Virus record (IMG/VR): IMGVR_UViG_2850756110_000003
Origin: a virus
Taxonomy: Duplodnaviria > Heunggongvirae > Uroviricota > Caudoviricetes
Strand: one strand, 5' to 3'
Length of the DNA stretch: 35,235 bases
Positions 11,486 through 21,950 of this stretch are shown in pieces. The stretch's first letter is position 1; each line of letters opens with the position of its first letter. The notes beneath the pieces are model-generated. The model did not search any database, had not been told where the DNA came from, and was given only the letters and a program-made list of their open reading frames with translations. Made by a program: the position numbers and the translations under genes.

Positions 11486-12126
11486 TTGTCGGTATACCTC
11501 TCTCGTTTACTCAGTTGTTCAGGAATATGGTGCAGCAGCTCACCGTCGCCGCAGTAAATGGCGGCATGATTCGGCACCGATGAACCAAAACAGCACAGCA
11601 GCACATCGCCCGGTTGTGCTGATGACAACGGCACCTGATACAGCCCTGTGGCCTCCAGATTATCCAGATAGAGATTCTGACCGTGACGCCACCAGTCATC
11701 CCCGCGATGAAAATCCGGCATCTCAATCCCCGCCAGATGATAAGCATCCCGGAACAGCGTGTAACAGTCCGTCACCCCGTGCTCAAAGCGCCGCCCGGTG
11801 AGATGCGGCACACAGCGGAACTTGTGAATCGCCCCCCGGCAGACCAGCCACCACGGCAAATCACTCTGCACCTGCAGCCGCCGGTCAGCCTCACTCAGCC
11901 AGGGCAGACCACCGGGATGACTGTGGACCAGTGCCACAATCTCACCCTGCATTTGTGCCCGCAGCCAGTCCTCCGGAGCCATCCGGAACCGTTCCTCCGG
12001 CTCACCGGAGATATTCTCGCTGGGAAGATACCTGTCTCCCTCCGGCGTTCTCACCACGAAGCCACACGACTCCGCTGGCGCACATCGCCGGGCGTGCGCC
12101 AGAATCGCTGATTCTGTCTGTGTCAT
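11383..12126 (-). CDS. K: Tail assembly protein K
   Basis: Starts MTQTESAILAHARRCAPAESCGFVV... at the ATG at 12126; contains the HSHP motif; overlaps the start of I by about 100 bp, as I recall for lambda K and I. The first 88 codons of the track ORF are read-through. Confidence 0.8.
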   Translation of the reverse strand: MTQTESAILAHARRCAPAESCGFVVRTPEGDRYLPSENISGEPEERFRMAPEDWLRAQMQGEIVALVHSHPGGLPWLSEADRRLQVQSDLPWWLVCRGAIHKFRCVPHLTGRRFEHGVTDCYTLFRDAYHLAGIEMPDFHRGDDWWRHGQNLYLDNLEATGLYQVPLSSAQPGDVLLCCFGSSVPNHAAIYCGDGELLHHIPEQLSKRERYTDKWQRRTHSLWRHREWHASAFTGICNDLAAASTFV

Positions 12127-12130
12127 GGAT

Positions 12131-12829
12131 TTACTGAGAAAGTTTATTGATGGAAAGGAAACCGCCGAAATTACCGGTATTGTTGCGCAACTCACACCCG
12201 CGCATACACTTGCTGCATTTGTCCTTCCGGATATCCGTCGTTGGTTTGTCGAACTCGTCAGCCACTGCCCTGCCCGTGTAACCACACTCATCAGAACGGT
12301 AGGTCCACATACAGGTATTCGCCAGCATGATATGCCCCGGGAAAACCACGCCATCCGTCTCCGTTGGTGTGGCCAGCACAAAAGAGGCACTGACCGCGCT
12401 CAGTTCGCTGCACTGCTCGATGCGCCAGCGGCTGATCACCTCCTGCTCCGGATCGGCGTCACTGTTTCCGTTGACGAAGTTCACCGCATCCAGAAAACGG
12501 GCGTAAACCTTACGCCGGACCACCGTTCCGCCGACCAGACTCTGCAGATCTTCCGCCATCCCGGCGACCATACCGTACAGGTTAGAAACCGTCAGCGTGG
12601 GGCGCGTACTGGTGCCTTTGCCATTCAGTTCAAAACCACTCCCCTGAATGGGATACGGCTGATACTGTCGCCCCTGCCAGGTGACCGGCTCACCTTTTTC
12701 GTTCTGCTCATTACAGAAAAAATAACGTTCTCCACCGACCTCTGTCAGGTCGATTTCCCAGAGCACCACGCTGGCCGACTGCTCCGCACGGGTGCATTCA
12801 TTCAGTGTTTCCTGCCGGATATCCTGCAT
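12131..12829 (-). CDS. L: Tail tip protein L
   Basis: 232 aa, MQDIRQETLNECTRAEQSASVVLWEIDLTEVGG...; Cys-rich C-terminus; lambda L-like. Confidence 0.9.
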   Translation of the reverse strand: MQDIRQETLNECTRAEQSASVVLWEIDLTEVGGERYFFCNEQNEKGEPVTWQGRQYQPYPIQGSGFELNGKGTSTRPTLTVSNLYGMVAGMAEDLQSLVGGTVVRRKVYARFLDAVNFVNGNSDADPEQEVISRWRIEQCSELSAVSASFVLATPTETDGVVFPGHIMLANTCMWTYRSDECGYTGRAVADEFDKPTTDIRKDKCSKCMRGCELRNNTGNFGGFLSINKLSQ

Positions 12830-13158
12830 CAGTTCACCACCTGTTCAAAATCGGCCGTTACAGTCACCCATAACGCCCCCACGCTTGCCGACCATTTACG
12901 ACAAACCACCCTGATCGGTTTCCAGTCATAAGGTGGCGTCCACTGAAATGCGCGGACGCCACCGTGCCGTTCCAGAAAGGCTTTTAAAGGTGGGTGTTCA
13001 CCTTTACGAACACGTATCGTCACGCTGTAAGTCGACAGCAGATTATTCAGTCCCGCCGGGCGACGCTGTTCATAACCATCACCCAGCTTCACTGCCACCA
13101 CTTTTGGCTCTGATACCACATTCATATCCGGGCGCACCTTCCAGCGAAACGTCTCCAT
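12829..13158 (-). CDS. M: Minor tail protein M
   Basis: 109 aa, METFRWKVRPDMNVVSEPKVVAVKLGDGYEQRRPAGLN...; lambda M-like; abuts L and H. Confidence 0.9.
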   Translation of the reverse strand: METFRWKVRPDMNVVSEPKVVAVKLGDGYEQRRPAGLNNLLSTYSVTIRVRKGEHPPLKAFLERHGGVRAFQWTPPYDWKPIRVVCRKWSASVGALWVTVTADFEQVVN

Positions 13159-16100
13159 TACCGGTATGCTCCACTTAACCGGCCACCATCACGGGCCTGC
13201 TGTTGCATAAAGTCCGCGGCCGCTTTTTTCCCGAGGTCATAAACCACCTTCAGTGCTGCCGGACCTATCTGCCCGTTCGTGCCGTCGTTATTGATCCCGA
13301 TGTTGTACTGCGGGGCAAACATCACCATGCCTGAACCACCAGTATCCGCCACAACCCCCAGCTTACCATCAGCACCGCGACGCAGTGGCAGAATGGCTTC
13401 AGGTCCCGCTTCCCCCATCACACCCGCTCCTTTTGCAAAAGCAAAAAACGTCGGACGGTTAACCACCGTGCCACTGTAGCGACTCAAATCAGCAGACTGG
13501 TAAACACCGCCATCAGCATTAGTCGTGAAGCCGAATAAAGAACCGACGCCCTTTACCGCCTGCATCATGGCCATCTGTGCCATAATTCTGGCCATATCTG
13601 ACAACAGGGAAGAGGTGAAGGATTTAAAATTCAGCTTACCGGTGGTACAGAATGTCGCCAGTGCATTACCGGCACTGCTGAATGCCACTGTAAACATCTG
13701 TTCTGCCGTTCCCGCCGCATTATCCGCATCCGCCGTAAAATTCTGAAACGCCCGCATGGCACCGTTTTTCCAGTCGCCCTGCGCCACTTCCAGTTCCTGC
13801 CAGTAGCGTTTGTTTTCATTCAGTTGTCGCTTCAGGCTCCCCTTCAGCACCTCCTCAGCCCTCCGGTAGTCCTCCGTCCCGTAAGTGCCTTTCTGGCGAC
13901 TGTCATTCTCAAGCTGTTGCAACTGTTGCCGGTATTCCTGCCGGATGCGCAACTGTGCCTGGTAGCGCTGCCGCTGCTTATCCCCCATACCTGCAGTGGC
14001 AATATCCAGATTGTGCTGCTCACGCAGTGCACGTTCTTTGTCTGCCAGCTGGCTGGTCAGCTGAACCGTTTTTTTTCTCAGGTCGTTAAGCGCTGTCTGT
14101 TTCTGCAGCTCCTGCTGTTTCACATCCAGCAGCGTCAGCGCCTGAATCAGCTCATTCTTACGGGCCAGCACACTCTTTTCATCTGCCGTCAGCTTTTTCC
14201 CGTCCAGGTCGCTGATGCGCTGCTGCAGGGCCAGAAGCTGTTTATGCGCTTCAGTCATCCTTTCAGTGGCAATGCCTGCTGACTGTCTGGCAGCAGCAAT
14301 CTGCCCTTCCACCTGTGCCTGCTGCTGACTGTACTGCAGCAATAACCGGGTGGCCTCATCATTACGGGTTGCCCGTGTATTTTTCTTAATGGCTTTTTCG
14401 TAACGTTCATTTTCACGCTGTATCGCCGCATCCCTGACAGCCTGGTCGGCGTACTGCATGGCATTAATACGCGCAATTTCCCGCTGATGTCGTGCAGCTT
14501 CCGTTTCATTCATCCGGTTCAGCACGGCATTTTCAGCATTCCGGCGTTTCTGTTGCTCCTGGTAATTCCGTTCTGCCTGCGCTTTTGCATCCTGCAAATC
14601 CTTCCGGCGTTTTTTCTCCTGAAGATCGTTAAGACGCTGCTGATCGTACTCCACCTGTGTGGAGGCGTTTGTCCACGGATATTTTTTCGCGCGCTGAATT
14701 TTTTCCTGTAACGCATCAATCTGCGCATCCAGCGAGTCTTCACGACCAATATTCATGGCCGCATCCCAGAACTGCTTCCACCAGTCAGACAAGGTTTGCA
14801 GCGTACTACCCAGCGCATTGAGATTATTATCAATATCAGATGTGCGTTTACCGGTTTCCTCTGCCAGCGCAGACATGGCGATCCGGGCCGCATCACTGGA
14901 CCGCCCCTGCTCCCCAAGGACGCGTATCTGCTCAAGCTGAGTGGCAGTCAAAAAATGCAGCGCATTGTCCAGCGCCTTCGCGGCATTTACAGGATCATCC
15001 TTCAGCCGCTTAAACTGATTTATGGTATCGCTGACCGACTGGCCAACCGATCGCTCCATCTGTGCGGCAGCTTTCGCCACCATACCAATATCGTTTCCAT
15101 GAAATGCCCCACTGCCCACCACCTGTGCCAGCGCACCGGCTGCCGCATGTTGCGTGATACCATTCCCGGATATGGCCCGGCTGAGTTTCCACAACTGCCC
15201 GACAGTGACACCGGCATAATGTCCCGTCAGCGCCAGCTGACGGTTAAATTCCTCGCCCTCCTTCCGGCCGTCATGCCAGGCTTTACCCAGACCCAGGACC
15301 GCCGCGACAAGTCCGCCAATAACGCCGCCAGTCATCATGCCTTTCGGCGACATCAGTGCGCCTGTCCATACGGCACGGTTAGCCAGCGTTATCCCGGATC
15401 CCCTCAGCGCACCAAAATTGCCGCGCGCCATCTGACTGATTAACACCCCCAGCTCCCGCCGGGCTGCCGCACTTTTCAGCCCCAGCGAATGTGTGGCTTT
15501 TCCTGCCCGCTCCATTTTGCGGATATACACTTCTCCAGCACTGCTTACCCCCAGCTGAGCCGCCCTGGCGCGAAGCAACTCAGAAGACGACAGATTCTGG
15601 CGGGTTGCCTGCTCTTTAAGCTGGCGGATAAACGCCGCTTTCTGCCGGGTGGCCTGTTCCTCTGCCTGCGTCAGGGCACGGGTTTTCGCCGTGATCTCCG
15701 AAATCAGCGCCAGATAATCCTGCTGACCAACCCCGCCACTGTTTCTGGCCTGTCGGATCTGCTGCTGAATACGCTGTAATTCCTGAAGCCCCGCACCGGC
15801 CTGTTTCACACTGTCAATCTGGCGATAAAAGGCGGCAGCCGCTTTATCCTGCGCCTCCGCCAGTGCCCTGGCCTGCGCCTGTTCCTCGCGCATTTTCTGA
15901 TTCAGGGCATCCACGCGCAGACGGGTTTGTTCCACCTCACGGGCCATGCGTTCATGAGCCCGTGCATTCTTCTCCACCGTCTGCGCATGGGCTGATGCTG
16001 CTGTTGCAGCCGAAGAAGCCGCATGCATTGTCTGCCGGGCCGCCTGAGTCTGACGCTCCATAAAACGCTGCATACGGGCAGAAGACCGTTCTGCATCACC

Positions 16101-16199
16101 GGCTGCACCATTCAGAAGGTTTTTGATACGGGGAATTTCATTTTTAAACTCTGCCGCATCAATCCCCAAATCAATGACCAGGTTGGCTATCTGGTCCAT
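13158..16199 (-). CDS. H: Tail tape measure protein H
   Basis: About 1013 aa, long coiled-coil Gln/Ala/Arg-rich middle and Gly-rich C-terminus; likely start MDQIANLVIDLG... at the ATG at 16199, preceded by GGAGGTG. Confidence 0.9.
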   Translation of the reverse strand: MDQIANLVIDLGIDAAEFKNEIPRIKNLLNGAAGDAERSSARMQRFMERQTQAARQTMHAASSAATAASAHAQTVEKNARAHERMAREVEQTRLRVDALNQKMREEQAQARALAEAQDKAAAAFYRQIDSVKQAGAGLQELQRIQQQIRQARNSGGVGQQDYLALISEITAKTRALTQAEEQATRQKAAFIRQLKEQATRQNLSSSELLRARAAQLGVSSAGEVYIRKMERAGKATHSLGLKSAAARRELGVLISQMARGNFGALRGSGITLANRAVWTGALMSPKGMMTGGVIGGLVAAVLGLGKAWHDGRKEGEEFNRQLALTGHYAGVTVGQLWKLSRAISGNGITQHAAAGALAQVVGSGAFHGNDIGMVAKAAAQMERSVGQSVSDTINQFKRLKDDPVNAAKALDNALHFLTATQLEQIRVLGEQGRSSDAARIAMSALAEETGKRTSDIDNNLNALGSTLQTLSDWWKQFWDAAMNIGREDSLDAQIDALQEKIQRAKKYPWTNASTQVEYDQQRLNDLQEKKRRKDLQDAKAQAERNYQEQQKRRNAENAVLNRMNETEAARHQREIARINAMQYADQAVRDAAIQRENERYEKAIKKNTRATRNDEATRLLLQYSQQQAQVEGQIAAARQSAGIATERMTEAHKQLLALQQRISDLDGKKLTADEKSVLARKNELIQALTLLDVKQQELQKQTALNDLRKKTVQLTSQLADKERALREQHNLDIATAGMGDKQRQRYQAQLRIRQEYRQQLQQLENDSRQKGTYGTEDYRRAEEVLKGSLKRQLNENKRYWQELEVAQGDWKNGAMRAFQNFTADADNAAGTAEQMFTVAFSSAGNALATFCTTGKLNFKSFTSSLLSDMARIMAQMAMMQAVKGVGSLFGFTTNADGGVYQSADLSRYSGTVVNRPTFFAFAKGAGVMGEAGPEAILPLRRGADGKLGVVADTGGSGMVMFAPQYNIGINNDGTNGQIGPAALKVVYDLGKKAAADFMQQQARDGGRLSGAYR

Positions 16200-16507
16200 A
16201 ACGCACACCTCCGGAAATACCTTCCCCAAGATGCATCAGTTCTTCGTCCGTTCGCTCCGGTATCCCGTTCTCTTCCGGTAAAAGGCTGAAATCAGCCACC
16301 GCAGCATCACTGCTGCCGGACACCATTCTCACGATCAATGCCTTCAGCGAGGCAAACTGCGCATCCATCCACACATCACTGAAGCTCTGCATCCGGAAAT
16401 AATCGCCCCCTCACCAAGCTCAGTGGCCGACATTTCCGACAGCATCCGCCGCCAGTCTGCCCGCCGGAACTCCCGGGCAAGCCGCATGACAAACTGCATT
16501 TCCCGCG
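16171..16507 (-). pseudogene. T: Region expected to encode the T extension of the G-T tail chaperone; appears frame-disrupted
   Basis: The -1 frame from the end of G stops after about 57 codons (near 16337); a different frame (ORF 16171-16392) then runs to overlap the H start. No clean G GGA AAG heptamer seen. Confidence 0.3.
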
Positions 16508-16894
16508 TCAGGACTTTTCCGGCGTCAGCGCCTCATGATCATCATCCCCGGCATTCTCAATGGTCCCCATACCGCTCAGCGACAGAACCCTCTCCGCCCC
16601 CGCGCCCAGCGCATCATACGACCATGTTGTCATAATGGATGCGCAAAGCGTCTCAACATCCTGAGACTGCTCAGCATTCCACAGTGAGCGGGAAAGCAGC
16701 CAGGCATTGATATCCATTCCCATACGCAGAAAAGCAATCTGTCGTTCAGCCTCCGGCAGTTCTCCCTCCTGTGCATCAAACTTTGCCGTTCGCTGCTGAA
16801 CAAACGTCAGATATTCAATTCTCTGCAGCCCGTACAGCTCACTGAGCACCACGGACTGTTTTTCATAATTAAACGTATCCTGTTTCAGAAACAT
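16508..16894 (-). CDS. G: Tail assembly chaperone G
   Basis: MFLKQDTFNYEKQSVVLSELYGLQRIEYLTF...; tandem ATGs at 16897 and 16894 with GGAG upstream; acidic C-terminus. Confidence 0.8.
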   Translation of the reverse strand: MFLKQDTFNYEKQSVVLSELYGLQRIEYLTFVQQRTAKFDAQEGELPEAERQIAFLRMGMDINAWLLSRSLWNAEQSQDVETLCASIMTTWSYDALGAGAERVLSLSGMGTIENAGDDDHEALTPEKS

Positions 16895-16952
16895 CATGTT
16901 CTCCGGATGCAAAAAGCCCCGGATAACCGGGGCAATGATGAGTATCGTCCTG

Positions 16953-17753
16953 TTATGGTGCGCTGACGGTCACCGCAGCCACTGCCACAAACTCTCCGTC
17001 AGAGGTCATGCCCACGATGCTGACACTGCCCTGCTTCACGCCTTTCACCGTGGCCACAAGCCCGCTCAGGGTCACCGAAGCAGTCTGAGGATCTGACGAA
17101 TGCACACTGATCGCTTTGTCACTGGCCCCATCAGGTTTTACTGTAAAGGTCAGTGTGGTGGTTGCTCCCGCTTTGACACTGACAGATGCCGGTGCCACCG
17201 TCAGTCCGGTAACACCCACGGTTTCAGCGCCCTCCTCTGCCAGATACGGACGCCCCACACCGCTGATTTTTACAGTACGGGTCATCACCTCTTTTGAGGT
17301 AATGGTTTTACCCAGTGAACTCATCCAGCCACGGAAAACATCAACCGTACCGTTGGGGTATTTGATACGAAACGCGCAGACTTCACCGGAATCGAACAAC
17401 TGAACCAGTTTTTTCTGCCCGCTGTCACCCGGACGCCAGGCCAGCGTCGCCAAAGTATCACCGACGGATTTCTGCCCCTGGGTTGTCGTTTTCCAGTCTG
17501 CATCTTCATCATCGAGATAAGTGTCATCTTCTGCATCAGCGGTCATTTCGCCAGGTTGCAGATCCTTCACCATCGCAAGACGCAGCCAGTCAGTGTCCGA
17601 CAAAGGGTTCGCAAACGCATCGCCCTTGCCGGTGTACATCCAGAACGTCGTTCCCGCACCTTTCGTCTTTGCCAGTGGATTTGGTGGTAAGGCAGTATGA
17701 CTTTCCGTGAGACAGATGCTGGCCAACGTGGGATATTTAACGCGGGTTAACAT
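16953..17753 (-). CDS. V: Major tail protein V with C-terminal Ig-like domain
   Basis: ...KTKGAGTTFWMYTGKGDAFANPLSDTDWLRL... matches the lambda V core; C-terminal Big_2-like region. The first roughly 20 codons (MLTRVKYPTLASICLTESHT) do not resemble V and may come from the adjacent IS. Confidence 0.8.
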   Translation of the reverse strand: MLTRVKYPTLASICLTESHTALPPNPLAKTKGAGTTFWMYTGKGDAFANPLSDTDWLRLAMVKDLQPGEMTADAEDDTYLDDEDADWKTTTQGQKSVGDTLATLAWRPGDSGQKKLVQLFDSGEVCAFRIKYPNGTVDVFRGWMSSLGKTITSKEVMTRTVKISGVGRPYLAEEGAETVGVTGLTVAPASVSVKAGATTTLTFTVKPDGASDKAISVHSSDPQTASVTLSGLVATVKGVKQGSVSIVGMTSDGEFVAVAAVTVSAP

Positions 17754-19212
17754 CGTTGTCAGAGCCGCATGGGTGAGCTGTTGCTACACCCCGGTATTTC
17801 CACCACGGAGGCCAGCATGAACAACAATAACACATTGTACGTCGGGTTAGATGTTCACAAAGAATCGATTACTGTCGCTTATGCTATCAATTCAGAACCT
17901 GTTGAACTGATGGGTAAAATTGGCACATCACCTACTGATATTCAGAATCTTTGTAAACGTCTCAGGTCAAAGTCATCGCAGGTCAGTATCGTTTATGAAG
18001 CGGGGCCCTGTGGTTATGGACTTTATCGTCGGCTGGTGAAATCCGGTTTTGACTGCATGGTCTGCGCCCCCTCACTTATCCCGAAAAAACCGGGGAGCGG
18101 GTTAAAACCGATCGCCGTGATGCCATCAGACTTGTGCGTTCACTGCGTGCAGGAGATCTTTCTGCTGTCTACGTACCCGGCATTGAAGATGAGGCATTCC
18201 GGGATTTGGCCCGGGCATGGGCATCTGCCCGCGATGATTTACGGCATGCAAGGCAACGTCTGAAATCGTTTCTTCTGGTTCATGGGGTCCATTATGTCGG
18301 GCGAGCAGATTGGGGCCCTGCACACCGACGCTGGCTCAGCAAATACTCATTCGAAAGTCCCTGGCGACAATTAGCTTTTGACGAACACCGTCGTACAATA
18401 GAAGACCGGCAGGCACAATGTGAACGGCTGGAATCCGCCCTGAAGGAGGCCGTTACCGAATGGAGGCTGTATCCGGTAGTAGAGGCGCTGCAAGCCATGC
18501 GAGGGATTCAGTTTATTACTGCGGTTGGATTAATTTCTGAACTGGGTGATCTGACCCGTTTTGAACATCCACGACAACTGATGTCATGGTTTGGTATCAC
18601 GCCATCAGAATATTCATCGGGTGGAAGCAGACATCAGGGCAGCATTACCAAAGCCGGAAACAGCTATGCCAGAAAGCTATTGGTCGAGGCAGCGTGGAGT
18701 TACCGTCATCCGGCACGCATCAGTCCGGCAATACAAAAAAGGCAGGAAAATTTACCCCGCCCCGTCATTGACAGAGCATGGGATGCTCAACTCAGGCTTT
18801 GTAAGAGGTATCGAAAACTTCAGGCCAAAGGAAAGAATGTCAATATTACAATTGTTGCTGTTGCACGTGAGCTGGCGGGTTTTATCTGGGATATGGGCCG
18901 AATAGCAATGTCTGTCGCACAACAACCACAATGTCACAAATAAAAAATGAGAATAACCAGTTCCCTGAAGGCGACGTAGCCCGGTACAAGAGTAACCCAC
19001 GTTAGCGCTTGGCGACGGCGGAACAAAGCTGATTCGCGACGTAAGAAAGTGGCAGGCTCATATGACGGACCTCTGTAATGCGGTATCCAACCCGCGAATA
19101 TCAGCGTGATTCACCGTCGGATTTACTGCTACGTCGCCCTCAGGGAATTAAACCTAAAAAGAAAATCGTCAAAATTAGAGATTCCGGTTTGACACGGAAA
19201 GTCATATCAGCG
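17700..19212 (+). mobile_element. IS110-family insertion sequence (boundaries approximate)
   Basis: Holds a DEDD-type IS110-family transposase gene; sits where the U-V junction should be; this family has no obvious terminal inverted repeats, so ends are inferred from the flanking V and U remnants. Confidence 0.4.
17817..18943 (+). pseudogene. IS110-family transposase, frameshifted
   Basis: MNNNNTLYVGLDVHKESITVAYA... (ORF to 18263) continues in another frame as ...ERVKTDRRDAIRLVRSLRAGDLSAVYVPG... (ORF 18134-18943); the shift is at the run CCGAAAAAACCGGGG near 18085-18095. Confidence 0.8.
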
Positions 19213-19561
19213 TCAACGGAGCACCGTATTGACGCTTACCCTGAAGACATCGGTAAGTTGTGACGGCTGACAGCACATCCGTACTCCACCGGGAAGGAAG
19301 AGCGTGACTGGCTCATTCGTGACGGGCTGTGGTACATCAGCATGCAGTGGTGGCGCAATATGAACGTAAGCGTACAGCCTGCCAGTCGTCCTCATCCGTC
19401 ATTTTTCCGGTGTACTGCGCATCACTCAGCCACACCGCCACGGCGGGCAGTTCCTGCGCATCAATAAATGCCGGAAGCCCGTCAAAAAGCACGACATTCC
19501 CCCCGCATTCGCCCTTCAGGCTTGCCAGTACTGCCTGGCGGATTTGTGTGTGCCTGTTCAT
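19213..19561 (-). pseudogene. U: Minor tail protein U, N-terminal part intact then frame-disrupted
   Basis: MNRHTQIRQAVLASLKGECGGNVVLFDGLPAFIDAQELPAVAVWL... resembles the lambda U N-terminus (memory); premature stop at 19337 with a second frame continuing to 19213. Confidence 0.5.
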
Positions 19562-20145
19562 CCCAAATGTATCCTCAGTTGCTGTTTCAGGGCATACCCC
19601 AGCTGTTTCGGCATTTCCGCGGCAATGATGCGGTCGCGGGCATCCTCAAATGCCTGTGTCAGCGGTCCGGCCAGCGGAATTTTCACAACCTCCACGGGCA
19701 GACGATTTTTTCTGGGCCGCCCCTTACTGTCCTTTCCTGTTTCAAAACACGCTTCAGGAAGACGCCTGAGAACATGCCAGCGACCGTTCGCCAGCTGCTG
19801 GATAAACGCACCACGAAAAAAGTATTTCCCCACCTTCAGTCCGTCACCGGCACGCCGGCATGTTGTGCCAAGCTTAATGGCGGGCAGATTGCCCCGGTTA
19901 ACACGGATACGGGCATACATTTTTCCTGCCGGACTGGCTTTAAATACCCGGACGCGCTGACGCACCAGTTTCAGGGGGCCCCCCTTCACCTGGTTATCTC
20001 CCGCAACGGTATTCCTGGCGACCTGCCGGGTGGCAACCGAGACAACTTTTGCAGCAACCCGGTTTACTGCCCATGCGCTGGCCTGCGGCACCATACGGGT
20101 ATCAAGACTGTTCAGATTGCGGATGGCATTCTCAAGCACCCTCAT
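19558..20145 (-). CDS. Z: Tail completion protein Z
   Basis: 195 aa with the conserved ...IPGAFIQQLANGRWHVLRRL... and ...PKQLGYALKQQLRI... stretches recalled from lambda Z. Confidence 0.85.
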   Translation of the reverse strand: MRVLENAIRNLNSLDTRMVPQASAWAVNRVAAKVVSVATRQVARNTVAGDNQVKGGPLKLVRQRVRVFKASPAGKMYARIRVNRGNLPAIKLGTTCRRAGDGLKVGKYFFRGAFIQQLANGRWHVLRRLPEACFETGKDSKGRPRKNRLPVEVVKIPLAGPLTQAFEDARDRIIAAEMPKQLGYALKQQLRIHLG

Positions 20146-20392
20146 AATATCCCCCTGCCCTTACGTTTCCTGCTCCTTCACGCCGCAACCGGATATAACT
20201 ACATCCGCCGTCATCAGGAGTAATACGATCCACGCTGAAAGACTCCCGGCCAATCATCAGCGAATCATTGCGACACAGCTGTAAAATATCTGCCGTTTTC
20301 ACAAACAGGGATGGTAAAGAGTCTTCAATACGCACACCGCCGGCTACCAGAGAAATACTTTCAGGATCGTCAAAAACGCCGGAAATCCGGTG

Positions 20393-21818
20393 TAATGCCG
20401 ATCAGTTAAGGATCAGTTGACCGATCCAGTGGCTGTGTAAGAATCCGGAAACGCTCACTTGTTTCCGGATTTTTTTATGCACATTGGACAGGCTCTTGAT
20501 CTGGTATCCCGTTACGATTCTCTGCGTAACCCACTGACTTCTCTGGGGGATTACCTCGACCCCGAACTCATCTCTCGTTGCCTTGCCGAATCAGGTACTG
20601 TAACGCTACGCAAGCGCCGTCTTCCCCTCGAAATGATGGTCTGGTGTATTGTTGGCATGGCGCTTGAGCGTAAAGAACCTCTTCACCAGATTGTGAATCG
20701 CCTGGACATCATGCTGCCGGGCAATCGCCCCTTCGTTGCCCCCAGTGCCGTTATTCAGGCCCGCCAGCGCCTGGGAAGTGAGGCTGTCCGCCGCGTGTTC
20801 ACGAAAACAGCGCAGCTCTGGCATAACGCCACGCCGCATCCGCACTGGTGCGGCCTGACCCTGCTGGCCATCGATGGTGTGTTCTGGCGCACACCGGATA
20901 CACCAGAGAACGATGCAGCCTTCCCCCGCCAGACACATGCCGGGAACCCGGCGCTCTACCCGCAGGTCAAAATGGTCTGCCAGATGGAACTGACCAGCCA
21001 TCTGCTGACGGCTGCAGCCTTCGGCACGATGAAGAACAGCGAAAATGAGCTTGCTGAGCAACTTATAGAACAAACCGGCGATAACACTCTGACGTTAATG
21101 GATAAAGGTTATTACTCACTGGGACTGTTAAATGCCTGGAGCCTGGCGGGAGAACACCGCCACTGGATGATACCTCTCAGAAAGGGAGCGCAATATGAAG
21201 AGCTCAGAAAACTGGGTAAAGGCGATCATCTGGTGAAGCTGAAAACCAGCCCGCAGGCACGAAAAAAGTGGCCGGGACTGGGAAATGAAGTGACAGCCCG
21301 CCTGCTGACCGTGACGCGCAAAGGAAAAGTCTGCCATCTGCTGACGTCGATGACGGACGCCATGCGCTTCCCCGGAGGAGAAATGGCGGATCTGTACAGT
21401 CATCGCTGGGAAATTGAACTGGGATACAGGGAGATAAAACAGACGATGCAACTGAGCAGGCTGACGCTGAGAAGTAAAAAGCCGGAGCTTGTGGAGCAAG
21501 AGCTGTGGGGTGTCTTACTGGCTTATAATCTGGTGAGATATCAGATGATTAAAATGGCGGAACATCTGAAAGGTTACTGGCCGAATCAACTGAGTTTCTC
21601 AGAATCATGCGGAATGGTGATGAGAATGCTGATGACATTGCAGGGCGCTTCACCGGGACGTATACCGGAGCTGATGCGCGATCTTGCAAGTATGGGACAA
21701 CTTGTGAAATTACCGACGAGAAGGGGAAGGGCCTTCCCGAGAGTGGTAAAGGAGAGGCCCTGGAAATACCCCACAGCCCCGAAAAAGAGCCAGTCAGTTG
21801 CTTAACTGACTGGCATTA
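20393..21818 (+). mobile_element. IS4 copy A (1426 bp) with 13-bp target-site duplication
   Basis: Ends TAATGCCGATCAGTTAAG (20393) and CTTAACTGACTGGCATTA (21818); direct repeat CGGAAATCCGGTG at 20380-20392 and 21819-21831. Confidence 0.9.
20477..21805 (+). CDS. insG: IS4 transposase (InsG)
   Basis: [27 protein letters not shown]... 442 aa; DDE transposase of IS4. Confidence 0.9.
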   Translation: MHIGQALDLVSRYDSLRNPLTSLGDYLDPELISRCLAESGTVTLRKRRLPLEMMVWCIVGMALERKEPLHQIVNRLDIMLPGNRPFVAPSAVIQARQRLGSEAVRRVFTKTAQLWHNATPHPHWCGLTLLAIDGVFWRTPDTPENDAAFPRQTHAGNPALYPQVKMVCQMELTSHLLTAAAFGTMKNSENELAEQLIEQTGDNTLTLMDKGYYSLGLLNAWSLAGEHRHWMIPLRKGAQYEELRKLGKGDHLVKLKTSPQARKKWPGLGNEVTARLLTVTRKGKVCHLLTSMTDAMRFPGGEMADLYSHRWEIELGYREIKQTMQLSRLTLRSKKPELVEQELWGVLLAYNLVRYQMIKMAEHLKGYWPNQLSFSESCGMVMRMLMTLQGASPGRIPELMRDLASMGQLVKLPTRRGRAFPRVVKERPWKYPTAPKKSQSVA

Positions 21819-21950
21819 CGGAAATCCGGTGTCCTTTTAACTGGCCTGATGTAATGACTGCAGTAATGCCCATATTGCGAATAATGGCCCTGTCTGCGAG
21901 ATCAAGCGCGGCATCAAACAGATTATCGAAATCAGCCACAATCCCCCCTG

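Larger units (their letters stand above)
20132..21939 (-). pseudogene. FII: Head-tail joining protein FII, interrupted by IS4 copy A
   Basis: N-terminal fragment (GTG about 21939 to 21832: ADFDNLFDAALDLADRAIIRNMGITAVITSGQLKGHRIS) and C-terminal fragment (20392 to 20132: GVFDDPESISLVAGGVRIEDSLPSLFVKTADILQL...SFSVDRITPDDGG...) are in frame across the IS4 and its duplicated target. Confidence 0.75.

Noticed and set aside
12127-12390. N-terminal 88 codons of the 335-aa track ORF covering K
   Set aside because: Upstream read-through overlapping L in another frame; K starts at the ATG at 12126 (MTQTESAIL...).
12125-12931. 268-aa plus-strand ORF
   Set aside because: Antisense to L and M, which have clear lambda-like products.
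14796-15443. 215-aa plus-strand ORF
   Set aside because: Antisense within the tape measure gene H.
19468-20223. 251-aa plus-strand ORF
   Set aside because: Antisense to Z and U.
20606-21499. 155-aa and 123-aa minus-strand ORFs inside IS4 copy A (mirrored in copy B at 22693-23586)
   Set aside because: Antisense to the IS4 transposase gene; duplicated only because the IS is duplicated.
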